Below, one piece after another: positions 37,401-55,738 of a stretch of DNA of 64,000 nucleotides. Position 1 is the first letter of the stretch, and each line of letters opens with the position of its first letter. Origin of the DNA: Paraspadella gotoi (taxonomy: Eukaryota; Animalia; Chaetognatha); assembly GCA_051294375.1 (NCBI GenBank), contig CM119268.1, forward strand, positions 674,987-738,986, given 5' to 3'. A program made the translations under genes and the position numbers. The notes under the pieces were generated by a model. It was not told where the DNA came from and searched no databases. It saw only the letters and a program-made list of their open reading frames with translations.

Positions 37401-40400
37401 TTCAACTCTGTGCCTCTCCCCTAACCCTAACCCGGGCCTGGGCCTCCCGTACATCTCCATGCCTCAACCCTAACCCTAACCGCCTTTGATGCATCAACCA
37501 CGGGCCCCTCCCCAACCCTAACCCTAAACCAAGCCTTCCGTTCAACTCTGTGCCTCTCCCCTAACCCTAACCCAGGCTCAGCCTCCCGTACATCTCCGTG
37601 CCTCAACCCTAACCCTAACCGCCTTCGATGCATCAACCATGGCCCCTCCCCCAACCCTAACCCTAAACTAAGCCTCCCGTTCAACTCCATGCCTCTCCCC
37701 TAACCCTAACCCAGGCCCGGCCTCCCGTACATCTCCGTGCCTCAACCCTAACCCTAACCGCCTTCGATGCATCAACCATGGGTCCCTCCCGCAACCCTAA
37801 CCCTAAACCAAGCCTCCCGTTCAACTCCATGCCTCTCCCCTAACCCTAAACCAGGCCCGGCCTCCCGTACATCTCCGTACCTCAACCCTAACCCTAATTG
37901 CCTTCGATATATAACCCACGGGCCTCTCTCCCAACCCTAACCCTAAACCGGGCCAGGCCTCCTGTACATCTCCGTGCCTCAACCCTAACCCTAACACGGG
38001 CCTCTTGGTCATCAACAACACCCTCCCTACCCTATCCTAAAATTGACATTAATAATAAGCCTAAAATAAACTTAACTTAACTCAACCCTAACCCTAACCT
38101 ACTCAACCCTAACCCTAAACTACTCAACCCTAACCCTAACTACTACCCAACTCAACCCTAACCCTAAACCAACTCAACCCTAACCCTAACCCTAATCTGA
38201 GTTTAGTTTAGGCGAAATCGCCATAACTAGAACGCTAGATGTAGTTCAGTGCGAAATCGCCAAATCGCGACTTAGCCATGACGCCTCGCCATTTGGCGAT
38301 TTAGCTGTGAACTACATCTAGCGTTCTAGTTATGGCGATTTCGCCTAAACTAAACTCAGATTAGGGTTAGGGTCAGGGTTGAGTTGGTTTAGGGTTAGGG
38401 TTGAGTTGGTAGTAGTTAGGGTTAGGGTTGAGTAGTTTAGGGTTAGGGTTGAGTAGTTTAGGGTTAGGGTTAGGATTGAGTTAAGTTAAGTTTATTTTAG
38501 GCTTATTATTAATGTCATTTTAGGGATAGGGGTAGGGAGGGTGTTGTTGATGACGGTACGGAGATGTACGGGAGGCCGGGCCTGGTTTAGGGTTAGGGGG
38601 AGAGGCATGGAGTTGAACGGGAGGCTTGGTTTAGGGTTAGGGTTGCGGGAGGGACCCATGGTTGATGCATCGAAGGCGGTTAGGGTTAGGGTTGAGGCAC
38701 GGAGATGTACGGGAGGCCGGGCCTGGGTTAGGGTTAGGGGAGAGGCATGGAGTTGAACGGGAGGCTTAGTTTAGGGTTAGGGTTGGGGAGGGGCCCGTGG
38801 TTGATGCATCGAAGGCGGTTAGGGTTAGGGTTGAGGCACGGAGATGTTACGGGAGGCTGAGCCTGGGTTAGGGTTAGGGGAGAGGCACAGAGTTGAACGG
38901 AAGGCTTGGTTTAGGGTTAGGGTTGGGGGAGGGGCCCGTGGTTGATGCATCAAAGGCGGTTAGGGTTAGGGTTGAGGCATGGAGATGTACGGGAGGCCCA
39001 GGCCCGGGTTAGGGTTAGGGGAGAGGCACAGAGTTGAACGGGAGGTTTGGTTTAGGGTTAGGGTTGGGAGAGGAGCCTGAAGGTGATGTTCATCCCCGTG
39101 TTAGCTGCGCTTTTCATTATATTCGCTACTTTTATCACTGGCGAGGTCGCCAGTGGGGCGGACTGGCGACATCGCCAAAGCCCTGGCGATATCGCCATGG
39201 CGAAGTCGCCAACCAACTAGAACCTTGGACAAATTTAAAAAGTTTTAAACAATCCCAACTAGACATTTTTAAGGTTTGTCAAATGTATAAATATTTGATA
39301 TTCGGACTGCTTTGTAGGTTTTACTTAATTCAGTAGCCTCTTTTTAATATGACAGAAAGCAGTATATTTAACAGTTTTTTTATTTGGAGTGGGCATCAAA
39401 GTTCTAATACATATTAACATCAGTATATTTGTTAAGTATAGTAGATTCCTCTGTAGATTTTTAATTTTTGAAAACATTTTACTTTTTTTTCTATAATTTT
39501 TTTGACACGCAAAACGTTTCTTTGATTACGCGAAAGAGAATGTAAAAAATTAAAAATAAATAGTACCAATAGTTAGAGTTATGTCTAGAATAGATGAAAA
39601 AAAACCTTGTTTTAAAAATTTGATCGGGAAGAGGGGTAACTAAGGCTTACCAACAGTATCCTCCATGCAGATCGTTCTCTCAATTAATTTTTTAATTTAA
39701 TACATTAGAAAGGGAAAAAAAGAAATTCAGAATGCAGGTGGCATAAAGGGTAGAGAAAATCTGTACATAGTGACATGATAATAATGACCTTTTATGTCTT
39801 GCGTAATGGGGCAGTAAAGAAACCTTAAAAAATGCAATCATTAAGTCAGTCAATGAACCCTTTTTGCGAATTTTTTTTTCTTAATTAAAATGGATGATAA
39901 ATAATAGAATTAAATTCCCTTTATAAAGGTCCATGCCGATTAAATCGATGTAAAAAGGAACCGTGTTCTGTCATTCTTTATCTCTTTTTTTTAATTTTCC
40001 ATTTTTTGTCTTTTTTCCTTCACTCTTTCTCTCTCATTTTCTTTCTTTCTCTCTCTTTTTTATATCTTTTATTCTTCTTCTTAAATTGTTCATGTCCTAT
40101 TTTTAGTCGGATCTGCTAATAGCAGATTCCGACTCTATTATTCACTTTGTCGTTCCTCGGTCCACCCCCCAAATCTTGTCGGTAAATCATATGGTTCATG
40201 TCAGAACATCGAATTAAATTTTCTCTCAAGGTCAAGGTCAAGGTCTCTATATATTGCTAAATATTTAAATTCTTTAATGTCATACTATGCTTTACTAGTA
40301 AGTGATAGTACAAATCGAGTATATAAAGGACAAAAAACTTTTTTATAACACAAATTTTAATAATAATAATTTTAAAAAAGCGATGAAACTTTTTAACCAA

Positions 40401-40847
40401 AACCTTTACCATTACTATTTTTTAAGCTTAACTTAACTTAACTCTAAACTTTTAAATCATTAAACTAATCACTAACCCTAACCTTTGAATTAAATTTAAT
40501 TAATGTAATTCTGAATTTAAGTGTAAATGGGCCGCTTTGGGTAAATAAGGGTAAAATAGGGTCAGACCAAGGCGATAGTTTGTCCTGCCTGTGTGGCTCT
40601 AAAACACTCTTTATCACTAATTTTGACAACAATCTAATTTCAGGGCAGGGAAAGATTCATGGCTGGATCGTTTCACTTGCTCACTACTAAGATCTTGCCT
40701 TGGTTAAAGAAATATGACTTCTACGGGGTGAGATATGGGCCTGATTGCTGTAGCGATACCGCGATTTCCTTTCACTACGTCAATCCCGACGTAATGATTG
40801 GCCTCGATTATTTGCTATATCGTCTTCGGTCACATGGATCAAAGTGA
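4608..40847 (+). CDS. C1GALT1: Core-1 beta-1,3-galactosyltransferase (T-synthase)-like, GT31; 5' exons not seen
   Basis: Phase-consistent GT-AG exons 4608-4752 (AVKKTWGRRCDKLIFMSS...LWEKT), 8772-8927 (FDFFLKADDDTYVIVKNLR...YFGRKF), 10469-10639 (GYMSGGAGYVLTRAALRRF...EDVGVGRCL...GDSRD) and 40644-40847 (GRERF...GPDCCSDTAISFHYV...YLLYRL*). AATAAA at ~40989 and ~41020. Confidence 0.93.
7321..7519 (+). mobile_element. Family A LTR, 5' end lost in gap
   Basis: Near-identical to ~1586-1783. Confidence 0.85.
7595..8683 (+). mobile_element. Solo LTR, family B (TGTGG...CCACA, AATC TSD), tRNA-Met-like module, interrupted by a MITE
   Basis: TG...CA ends with AATC at 7591-7594 and 8684-8687. Related copies at ~50-215, 6820-7110, 46560-46760, 48322-48544, 54255-54400 and 55980-56170. 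Confidence 0.75.
8043..8653. mobile_element. Second copy of the TAAGGCGTAGT MITE, inverted
   Basis: Reverse complement of 1792-2403; TSD not retained. A degraded third copy lies at ~22436-23160. Confidence 0.85.
8910..9290 (+). repeat. ~114-bp tandem repeat of the C1GALT1 exon end and donor
   Basis: Units begin at 8911, 9025, 9139 and 9249 with GGCCTCACGTGAAA(C/A)AG|GTGA. Confidence 0.9.
9458..9790 (+). mobile_element. HINE/DINE-1-like element, 5' part
   Basis: TTTAGTCGGATCTGC...GCAGATCC 5' hairpin, conserved core and (GTCC)n. Confidence 0.7.
10053..10093 (+). ncRNA. Minimal hammerhead motif (Penelope-type)
   Basis: GGCC-CUGAAGA-U-GAUC-uguccaaug-GAUC-GAA-AUAU-U-GGUC, followed by AAUAAA. 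Confidence 0.55.
13937..22317 (+). CDS. Spliced DDD transposase, most like Sola2 (about 824 aa, frame open)
   Basis: Exons 13937-14591, 18544-19510, 19569-19658, 19886-20042 (GC donor), 20498-20844 and 22059-22317 total 2475 nt in one frame. Motifs: CCCGQC, HCDFSEK, EIQSLHW...VTLY, SDRCAAQF, SGHGKSEVDAVG, PGTRQIH...SCFTCTFC. Joining exon 1 to exon 2 is inferred; the superfamily call is from recalled motifs. Confidence 0.8.
14618..15597 (+). mobile_element. Helentron-associated (HINE/DINE-1-like) element
   Basis: Subterminal IR GT(C/T)GGATCTGC...GCAGATCCGAC, 3' GTTTG-n-CAAAC hairpin and T-rich ends. Other copies carry (GTCC/GTCT)n. Confidence 0.7.
16010..16380. repeat. 18-bp minisatellite (GATGCGAGTTGAAAAAAT)n
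   Basis: About 20 near-perfect copies in transposase intron 1. Confidence 0.95.
22991..23033 (+). ncRNA. Minimal hammerhead motif inside a ~190-bp hairpin
   Basis: CUGAGGA-A-GACUC-guaauu-GAGUC-GAA-ACAUGU-C with a weak stem I. The mirror copy at ~22936-22975 has a mutated GAAA. Confidence 0.6.
23925..24300 (+). repeat. GC-rich ~36-39-bp minisatellite within the 23401-24441 ORF
   Basis: GCGGGAAGGACTTTGGCGGGAGTCGCCCATGGTGCTTCTT-type units that diverge progressively. Confidence 0.85.
26853..27564 (+). pseudogene. DMXL: Isolated DMXL/Rabconnectin-3alpha gene fragment (2-3 exons)
   Basis: Exon 27098-27373 encodes VYSESPPLP...AAGHLPSTSLYPGCYAPYLLGTACSDGSLRFW and exon 27452-27564 encodes VLGLPVTLSCAYSGRFCIAY, both resembling the DMXL1/2 WD region. 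In-frame TAA at 27534 and an 11-bp tandem triplication at ~26978-27012. No other DMXL exons recognised. Confidence 0.7.
29011..29053 (-). ncRNA. Minimal type I hammerhead ribozyme motif (Penelope-type)
   Basis: Minus strand AGCA-CUGAUGA-A-GAACG-aaauaca-CGUUC-GAA-ACAUGU-C-UGCU: intact core, stems I and II, palindromic stem III. Confidence 0.75.
31683..31830 (+). repeat. Dispersed repeat, also at ~41663, 50680-50790 and 63912-64000
   Basis: Shared AAATTG(G)TACAACCAATATAAAAATT...CTTGCCCCTGACTTTGGAC. Confidence 0.65.
35530..36160 (-). CDS. Possible last two exons of an unidentified gene, cut off by the gap at 36390
   Basis: GC-richer islands with plausible AG/GT sites (~36158-35946 and ~35603-35530), translating to ...WPAKYFQRKGVHFYSTLPGFW...RSLIEFRHFERC. 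Family not recognised. Confidence 0.3.
36180..36217 (-). ncRNA. Degenerate minimal hammerhead motif
   Basis: CUGAUGA-A-GGCU...AGCC-GAA-ACAUGU-A with stem I disrupted. Confidence 0.45.
36415..37130 (+). repeat. Near-identical direct duplicate of 11120-11847, starting right after a 25-N gap
   Basis: Direct comparison shows only scattered substitutions and homopolymer indels. Confidence 0.9.
37216..39224. mobile_element. 2-kb foldback inverted repeat built of ~140-bp units containing (TAACCC)2 motifs
   Basis: Arms 37216-38265 and 38291-39224 are reverse complements around a 25-bp spacer. Ends are GGTTCTAGTTGG and CCAACTAGAACC. Confidence 0.85.
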
Positions 40848-41503
40848 AATTTGACCATAACTAAGAAACGCAATCCGTGACATCAGCAGAATTCGTGACT
40901 TCAGCAGAATCAACGACAAATGATGAAGCTACCATATCATTCAACCAAAAAAAGACAAAAAACGGATTTTCATTTTGAATGTTGTGAAAATAAATGTTCT
41001 AGCTGGTCGTGTTAAATTCAATAAATAAAAAAAAATAATTAGTTAATTGTCTACATTTTATATGATTTCCTATGAGCTACATGAAACATGCGCCGCAGTG
41101 ACTTTCTTTGACGTGTATATCCTGGTGATCACGTGACTGAGCGTGAAACCCGAGATGCAACGCAATTTCGTCTTTTATTCTTGATCCGATTTTTTGAAAT
41201 CAAGTTTAAGCAAATAACGCCGGATCTGAGCGCGGGCATTTAGCGGTAAGCAGCGAATAATAGGATAAGTTATGATTAATCTTGCAACTTATTTTTTGAT
41301 TTAATACAATTTACCCACAATATTTTTAATTTATATTTTTTATGTGGTGGTTGTTTTAATTCTGGTGATAATGCAGATTATGGTCATTATAGTTTTTATG
41401 GTGTTTATGTTTGTTGTAGTGGTAATTTTGATTGTAGTGTTTGTTATAATTTTAGTAGTTGTTGTTGCAACATGCATTTACATTGCTAGGCGACCACCGG
41501 GCT

Positions 41504-41625
41504 AGAATCTCGGACCTTTGAGTTGGAGAGGCAAATGACTTTCTTACTAATAATAATAATCAGGATCTCCACTCTCCTGCACCAATGGCCGATGATAAAC
41601 GGTTGGTGGATTTTAGTCCACCATA
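41504..41625 (-). mobile_element. Family A LTR fragment
   Basis: Reverse complement of the LTR 5' half. A shorter 5' fragment lies at 4835-4869 (+). Confidence 0.75.
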
Positions 41626-42444
41626 ATAGTTTTATTTTAGGTATAGCTCCTCTCCCTACTATGAAATTGGTACAACCAATATAAAAATTATCCATTCATT
41701 GTTGTTATAATCTTGTAAGAGAAGGACTTAACCCACTTTAACCATAACCTTTCCACACATTACATTCAGCGAGAGCGCGAGAAAGTGAGAAAGTGTGTGA
41801 AAGTGAGATCCAGAAAAGGTGAGAGATTTCTTTATCCTTCACTTTTTTCACCGATGAATTTTTCCCGCCAATTTTTTTTCGCTCGGTTACTCGAATATCG
41901 GAAATTCGATTCGGTGGCTCAAAAAAAAAAAAATTCCTTTTTTTTCCTGACGAAAAATTGGAATTTATTACAAATTAATTTACCCTTTTTTTAAATTTGA
42001 TAAAAAAAACATTAAAAAAAAATATCGGATACTGAATAAAGAAACAAAAAAGAACAAAACAAAAATATCCGCCATATTTTCTCAAAAACCCTCATTTCAG
42101 CTTATATTAAAAATTAAGTTAATAATTAGATTTAGTTTTTAAGATTAGGTTAGTGATCGGTTAAATATCCTGATAGGGATTAGATTAAATATTATGTTAA
42201 AGTTAAGGATTAAGAATGGGGATCGGGATGTGGATTAGGTTAAAGATTATATTAAAAATAAGGATTAAGAATATGGATTGGGATATGAATTATATTAATG
42301 ATCAAAGTTTGATAATTGGGTTGAAATGAAATTCAGAAATAAATTGACTGAAATTGGATACTTTCGGAATATAGTGCCAAAGAAATCTGCATCCTTGGCA
42401 AAAAAAACAATGACGCTACCATTAAAAAAATAGAACCTTCAAGA

Positions 42445-42630
42445 GCATTAACCCTACGAACCCCAACAACAGCATCAACCCCACGAACCCCAACAACAGC
42501 ATCAACCCCACGAACCCCAACAACAACATCAACCCACGAACCCCAACAACAGCATCAACCCCACGAACCCCAACAACAGCATCAACCTCACAAACCCCAT
42601 CAAATGCAACAACCCTATCAACCCCATCAA
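42445..42630. repeat. 30-bp minisatellite next to the SYT14 donor
   Basis: (CCCCACGAACCCCAACAACAGCATCAA..)n. A ~20-bp array lies at 42876-43010. Confidence 0.85.
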
Positions 42631-42645
42631 CATCCTCCCTCTCAC

Positions 42646-50292
<7,647 letters not shown>

Positions 50293-50821
50293 CGTCGTCG
50301 TCGTTGTCGTCGTCGTCGACGTCGTCGTTACAATCGTCGTAGATTTTGATTCGCTTTATTCTCTTCTCTCATCTTCCGTTGACAAAACGGGGAAACTATA
50401 AAGAGAAAAAAGTGAAAAAAAAGAATAAATAGGAAAATGGAAGAAAGAAATAAAAAGAAGTGGGTTGAAGAAATTCCCATCTTTGAAAATGAATAATCAA
50501 TAAATTACCATCTTGGAAAATGAATAATCAATGAATTGCCATCTTGGAAAATGAATAATCAATGAATTACCATCTTGGAAAATGAATAATCAATGAATTA
50601 CCATCTTGGAAAATGAATAATCAATGTATTGCCAAACCTTTGACCCCCTTAATTTCAAAATCGCTAGGAAAAATGAAATGAATTTGTTACAACCAATATA
50701 AAAATTAACCATTCATTTAATAAATAAGCTATCTTGCCCCTGACTTTGGACTTACAAGATAATGACATAGCAGGTCCTTGCAAGCTTTCAATCCAGACTT
50801 TCTCACAGTCCTGTTTATATA

Positions 50822-50910
<89 letters not shown>

Positions 50911-51556
50911 GTTTTGTTCGGGTCCCGCCACTCCGTACAGTTGCCCTTGTGTGCCGGTAAGGGCGGTGGAATGCGTCCGGCGGTGGCGGAGGTCGAGGGC
51001 ACGGGATCCATTTGGGGTGGCGTGGTCGTTAGTGGTTTCGGCTTTTCGGAGAAGTGGTGAGTCTTGCCCGGAAGTCCTGTCACCACATTTATGGAAAAAC
51101 TCATGGATTTCTTGGATGAAATCAAAACGAGATTTATTCTGAGAATAATACAGTGACGGTGAGACACACGCAGGAGTCCAGATCAATTCTACTGAAACTA
51201 AGGAAAGCTAAGTCTATTTATATCTAGCATTACAGGAGATACAGAGATGGAACCGGAGTTTAGAGCAAAAGATTTTTGAAGAGAATTGAGGTGGTGGTGA
51301 TTAAAATAAGAAAAGCGAATGGAATTCAGAGAGATTAGTAGAGGAAATTTGAAAACGTCTTTCACCTTTCGCCTTTCGCCTTTCGCCAAAGATTTCAACT
51401 CAATTCTATTTTATCATTAGATACTTTGACATTTGACCTTCTGAGAATTCGTTGCAATCATGAGTCGTGATGTTTTGTCTCAGTTTAAATGTGAAATCTG
51501 CAAATCTGTGTTCACTTTTGGCTGAAATTTCTACGTGCTTTGCCGCAGTTAGCTTT

Positions 51557-51591
<35 letters not shown>

Positions 51592-51613
51592 NNNNNNNNN
51601 NNNNNNNNNNNNN

Positions 51614-51647
<34 letters not shown>

Positions 51648-53335
51648 CTCTCTTTCTCTCTCTCTCTCTCTCTTTCTGCCTTATTTTATCCAGGCGAGCG
51701 AGTCGGGGGCATCCAAGGTCGGTGACTCCCTCACACCGACAGTTGTTGCAGCCGTCGTCGTCGTCGTTGTCATCGTTGTTAATTTTAAAGCCGTTTTTGT
51801 TTGTACTTACATGCAATGATTATACAGCGTAGAATCGTATTGTTGATTTAACTTTTGATTTCGTTGTTTATTCACAAAATGAATCAAATTTAATTCACTT
51901 CACAATATTTCCTTGTTACCATCAGACCGCAATGCACTTGAGATCGTAGTCACTCGTCACATAATCCCCACCCGCTCCACGCCGTCATCCCCTGACCCCA
52001 AAAACGATCCCCAAAAATCCCCTTCTATCGTCACGTGATCTGTCGACCCCAAACTCTCGAATCGACGCCCACGTGAATTACAGCAAATAAAAATATGACA
52101 CTCTCATACCTTAAATCGATAAGTTGAATACATTTATTATGGCAACAGGGAGACATGTGTGATGCCCAGGGAGTAACCATTAGGGGATTGAACCCGGAAC
52201 TAACGGTTGGTGAACCAAGCCAATGGGACGATCTAAGTTTCAGCAAGCTGTACGGGAGGCGAATTTAGAATTCGCCACAAGAAGCCACTGCGATGGTTAA
52301 AAGTAAACGGGTCCTGAAGTGACCGAGAGGGTCGCCATGCCTCTCTTTGAGTGTGGATAGCCCCCACAGTAGTCTGTGAGATTTTTTCCGTCTGTTGCCT
52401 TCCTTTCCTTAGTTCCGGCGGCAAACTCTGTTCCGACCAGGGCTAGAAATCGTGACGAACGTGTTCGAAGATGAAGCGTTAGCCCAGTGCCCTATTACCG
52501 TCGTATCCAACGGGTAGTGATATTACATCACTACAGTCCAGTCATTTATGACACAAGTGGTCCAAAAATTGAAGTCTTTATCTTTTTTAACGTTTTATTT
52601 GATTAGTCATTTTCAAAAAGTTAATTTCTTAGACCGACTGACAGACCGACGTCTGACAGACCGACAGACAGACCGACTGGCAGACGACAGACAGACCGAC
52701 TGACAGACCGACATACAAGTCGATCCGAAAGTTTTTTTTCTCTGCTTTTTTCGATCCCAAATGATAAAAACTAAAATATATAGATATATATAGATATATA
52801 GATTTTAAGCAAAAATTCTCTTTCAAATTAATTAAATTAATTAAAATCTTAGTCGGTATGTCGTACCAATTCCGTCCGTATTCTCTCCAGCCAAATCATT
52901 ATTTGCCTTTTTTTTATCTGTCGCTTTACATATAAACAATAAATATAAACGATGCGCATATATATTAACTATATATATATTGACTAATTGCATTTCGCGT
53001 TGACTGATGTCGATTCCCGATTCCATCTCTTTTCCTTCTCGTTACTCCTCACCTTTTTCGACCTTACTTTTCAAGTTTTAACCTTTTTAGTTTTTACACT
53101 TTTAATCTATAACTTTTTAAGTTGTAACTTTTTTCTTTTTTTAACTTCGCCAATTTCGTCGCTTTCCACTTTGGCTTATATTAGTTATAAGTTCTGGTTA
53201 CGCAGACTTAATCCACCCGTCGTAAAAATCCCTGAGACGTCTCGCCCCCTCGGGTTCGTAACTGAGATTTGTAAAGTGAGAATATTATTTTACGATTATA
53301 TAACAGATTTTTGACCGTTCTTGAATGTTATATAT

Positions 53336-53531
53336 TGAAGATACAGTAATTATTGTTATATGTTAGTGACAAAACCGTTGAATATAAGCAGGCCCTGAGC
53401 TTCGGATCAGGCTGTAACACCGTATTACAGGCGAGTTAAGCGCCCCGTCCCTCTTAACTGCTAGGCGACCACCGGGCTAGAGCCCCGGACCTTTGGGTTG
53501 ATAGGCGAATGACTTGCCTCCGTCCACCATA
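53336..53531 (-). mobile_element. Family A solo LTR with ATAT TSD
   Basis: Both termini present, small internal deletion. ATAT at 53332-53335 and 53532-53535. Confidence 0.85.
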
Positions 53532-54427
53532 ATATTATACAAAAATGACGCTGTTATTGATACCGTTGCCGATAAAAAAATAAAAAAAACCAAAAAACAG
53601 AAAATAGAATTTTTACTTATAATCTGGTGGCTTAAAACCGTTCACAGCAGTTATTGGTGCAGGAGGCAATTTAAAGTCAAATGACCCTGGGTTCTCGCCC
53701 GTTAGCCGCCTTACAGTTAAAAGGGACGGGACTGCTGATGATGGAGACAATTCATCCAAAGACTCATTGATTTCCGTTGCATATTATTCGTTTACTGTTT
53801 GTTTATTGATTAATATTATTGTGTTCCCTTTTACGGCCTTGTGAGCATCGTGTCATATATTATCATAGAAAGTACGTGTTCGAGTCTTAATCTAGGTTGA
53901 CGTCCCCGTTCTCTTGTCTTATTCATATTCACAGAAGCTACGCTGTGGGCTTCAATGTGGTCGACCATGCCGTGTTTAACTAGCATTGTGATCTAACCGT
54001 TACAGGGTCTCGTGCTTCTCAAACCCGGCCGGCGCCCACAACAATCTCCCTCTAACAGTGGTGCATCGTCCTATCAATCTTCGTGAGGAGAACATCCTTA
54101 GTGGTCGACAATTCAAACCTGAGGCACTGTGGATTCGTGACCACACCTCATCCGTCAGCAGTCATGCTGTTTTGATAGCCGTTAGTTCAGCTTGACTGAA
54201 GTTATATTGTTGTCGCTGCTTGGGACTTGGTCGGCCTTGTAAGGCGTTATTGGTCCCACGCAAAGAGGACCGTCTTTAACCGCCTTGGGGGTCTGGAAAA
54301 CCCCTGACGCTGGTTCCAAGCCAGGACCCTTTCCATGGCCGCTAGAGGGGGATACAGAAGTTGCGGAGAGCACTCTTCTGCCCGAGTAGCGCCTTATCCA
54401 AAGTCTCACAGATTTTGGGCCAAAGTA

Positions 54428-54482
<55 letters not shown>

Positions 54483-54596
54483 AACATATTCTATAAAGGA
54501 TAGCATTATAGCCGTAACTATGTATTACTAATGATAAAATTATAGTCGTCTGAAAACAAAAACAAATTGGATTTTATGGCAACAGCTGGATTGCCT

Positions 54597-54790
54597 GTGA
54601 TGCCCATTGGGAAGGGGCATCTTACTGTTGGCTTTGGGGGCTTCCGACCCTCAGTGACGCCTCCAGTCACTGGCGCGGTTATCCTAGGACGGTCTAGAAC
54701 ACTACGCCTGGGATGGTGTGTTCCCCCTCTGAGCCAATGGATTTGGCTGAACAGGGGACGTGAGGTGGTGTGAATATACCACCACGATTT
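54597..54790 (+). repeat. Structured ~200-bp dispersed repeat (second copy ~62614-62852), possibly another mini-LTR
   Basis: Both copies start TGT(G/T)ATGCCCATTGG and share several hairpins. No TSD confirmed. Confidence 0.55.
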
Positions 54791-55687
54791 CAGGTTTTTT
54801 ATTGGGGGGGGTAACTTCATCGGGATTCGATATTCGCTTCACTTGATCCGCATTTGTTCCAAATTTTGTTCGCAAAAAAATGTTTCGTTGTTGTTCGATT
54901 TTTAACATCTTATGTTTAAGGTGATGTAGCTTTGGAATGACTGGACCGATTTTGTTTTAAATTACACATAAGGATTTCTCTTTTAAAAATCCTTATTTTA
55001 CAATTTTTTTAGAAAACATGAATACGATGCCCATAAATTCCTATAAATTTAAAAATTATCTTATGTAGTGTCTTTTGTTTTTCGGGAGCTATAGCTCTTG
55101 AATGCTTGGACCGATTTTCTTTTAACTTACAAATATAGATTTCCAATTTTAATATCTACATTTATCATTCATAAATTTTTATAATATTTGCGTAAAACGA
55201 GCAAAACTTGAGTTTGAAGAGTGTCCTCTTTTTTTTGCACAGGACTGTACGGCAAATATCACGTGGCCCTAAAAATTCGCTTTCGCATCGAACGTCATGT
55301 TTTTGCCTGACGCCGTGTCACGCTTGATGACGACGGGGTGGCGTCGTGTGACGTTTGACGATGCAGGTGGCGCTGAGTGGCGCTTGACGATGCCGAGGTG
55401 GCGCAGTGAAAAATTATTCTCATTTTGACCATGTCGCTTTTAGACTCTTTTTTCTCTCAAACTCTTAAACTTTAAAACTTCTATTCGATTTACTTTACTA
55501 TTACTGTATCTACTTCCTTCAGCCATATTTCCTTTCTACTCTCTCTCTCTCTCTCTCTCTCTCCTCCCACTCCTTCCCTCTCTCTCCCTTATCTTCTTCC
55601 CCGGATTCGTTTAGTAACCCGGTCACAGCAGAGACTACTAATTTATAGGGTAAGAGTCAGTCAGACCGCCCCTTTGGCTTCGTCTCT

Positions 55688-55738
<51 letters not shown>

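Larger units (their letters stand above)
11085..39965. mobile_element. Chapaev/CMC-like DNA transposon boundaries (36-bp perfect TIR, 4-bp TSD); true internal length uncertain
   Basis: CACGGTTCCTTTTTACATCGATTTAATCGGCATGGA at 11085-11120 and its exact reverse complement at 39930-39965. TTCT at 11081-11084 and 39966-39969. Confidence 0.75.

Noticed and set aside
37216-39224. True telomere or telomere-fusion site
   Set aside because: TTAGGG occurs only as short runs within complex units, inside TIR-like ends in an intron.
52533-55249. Tc1/mariner element (TACAGTCC...GGACTGTA)
   Set aside because: Only 8 bp of terminal match and no transposase, so the pairing may be chance.
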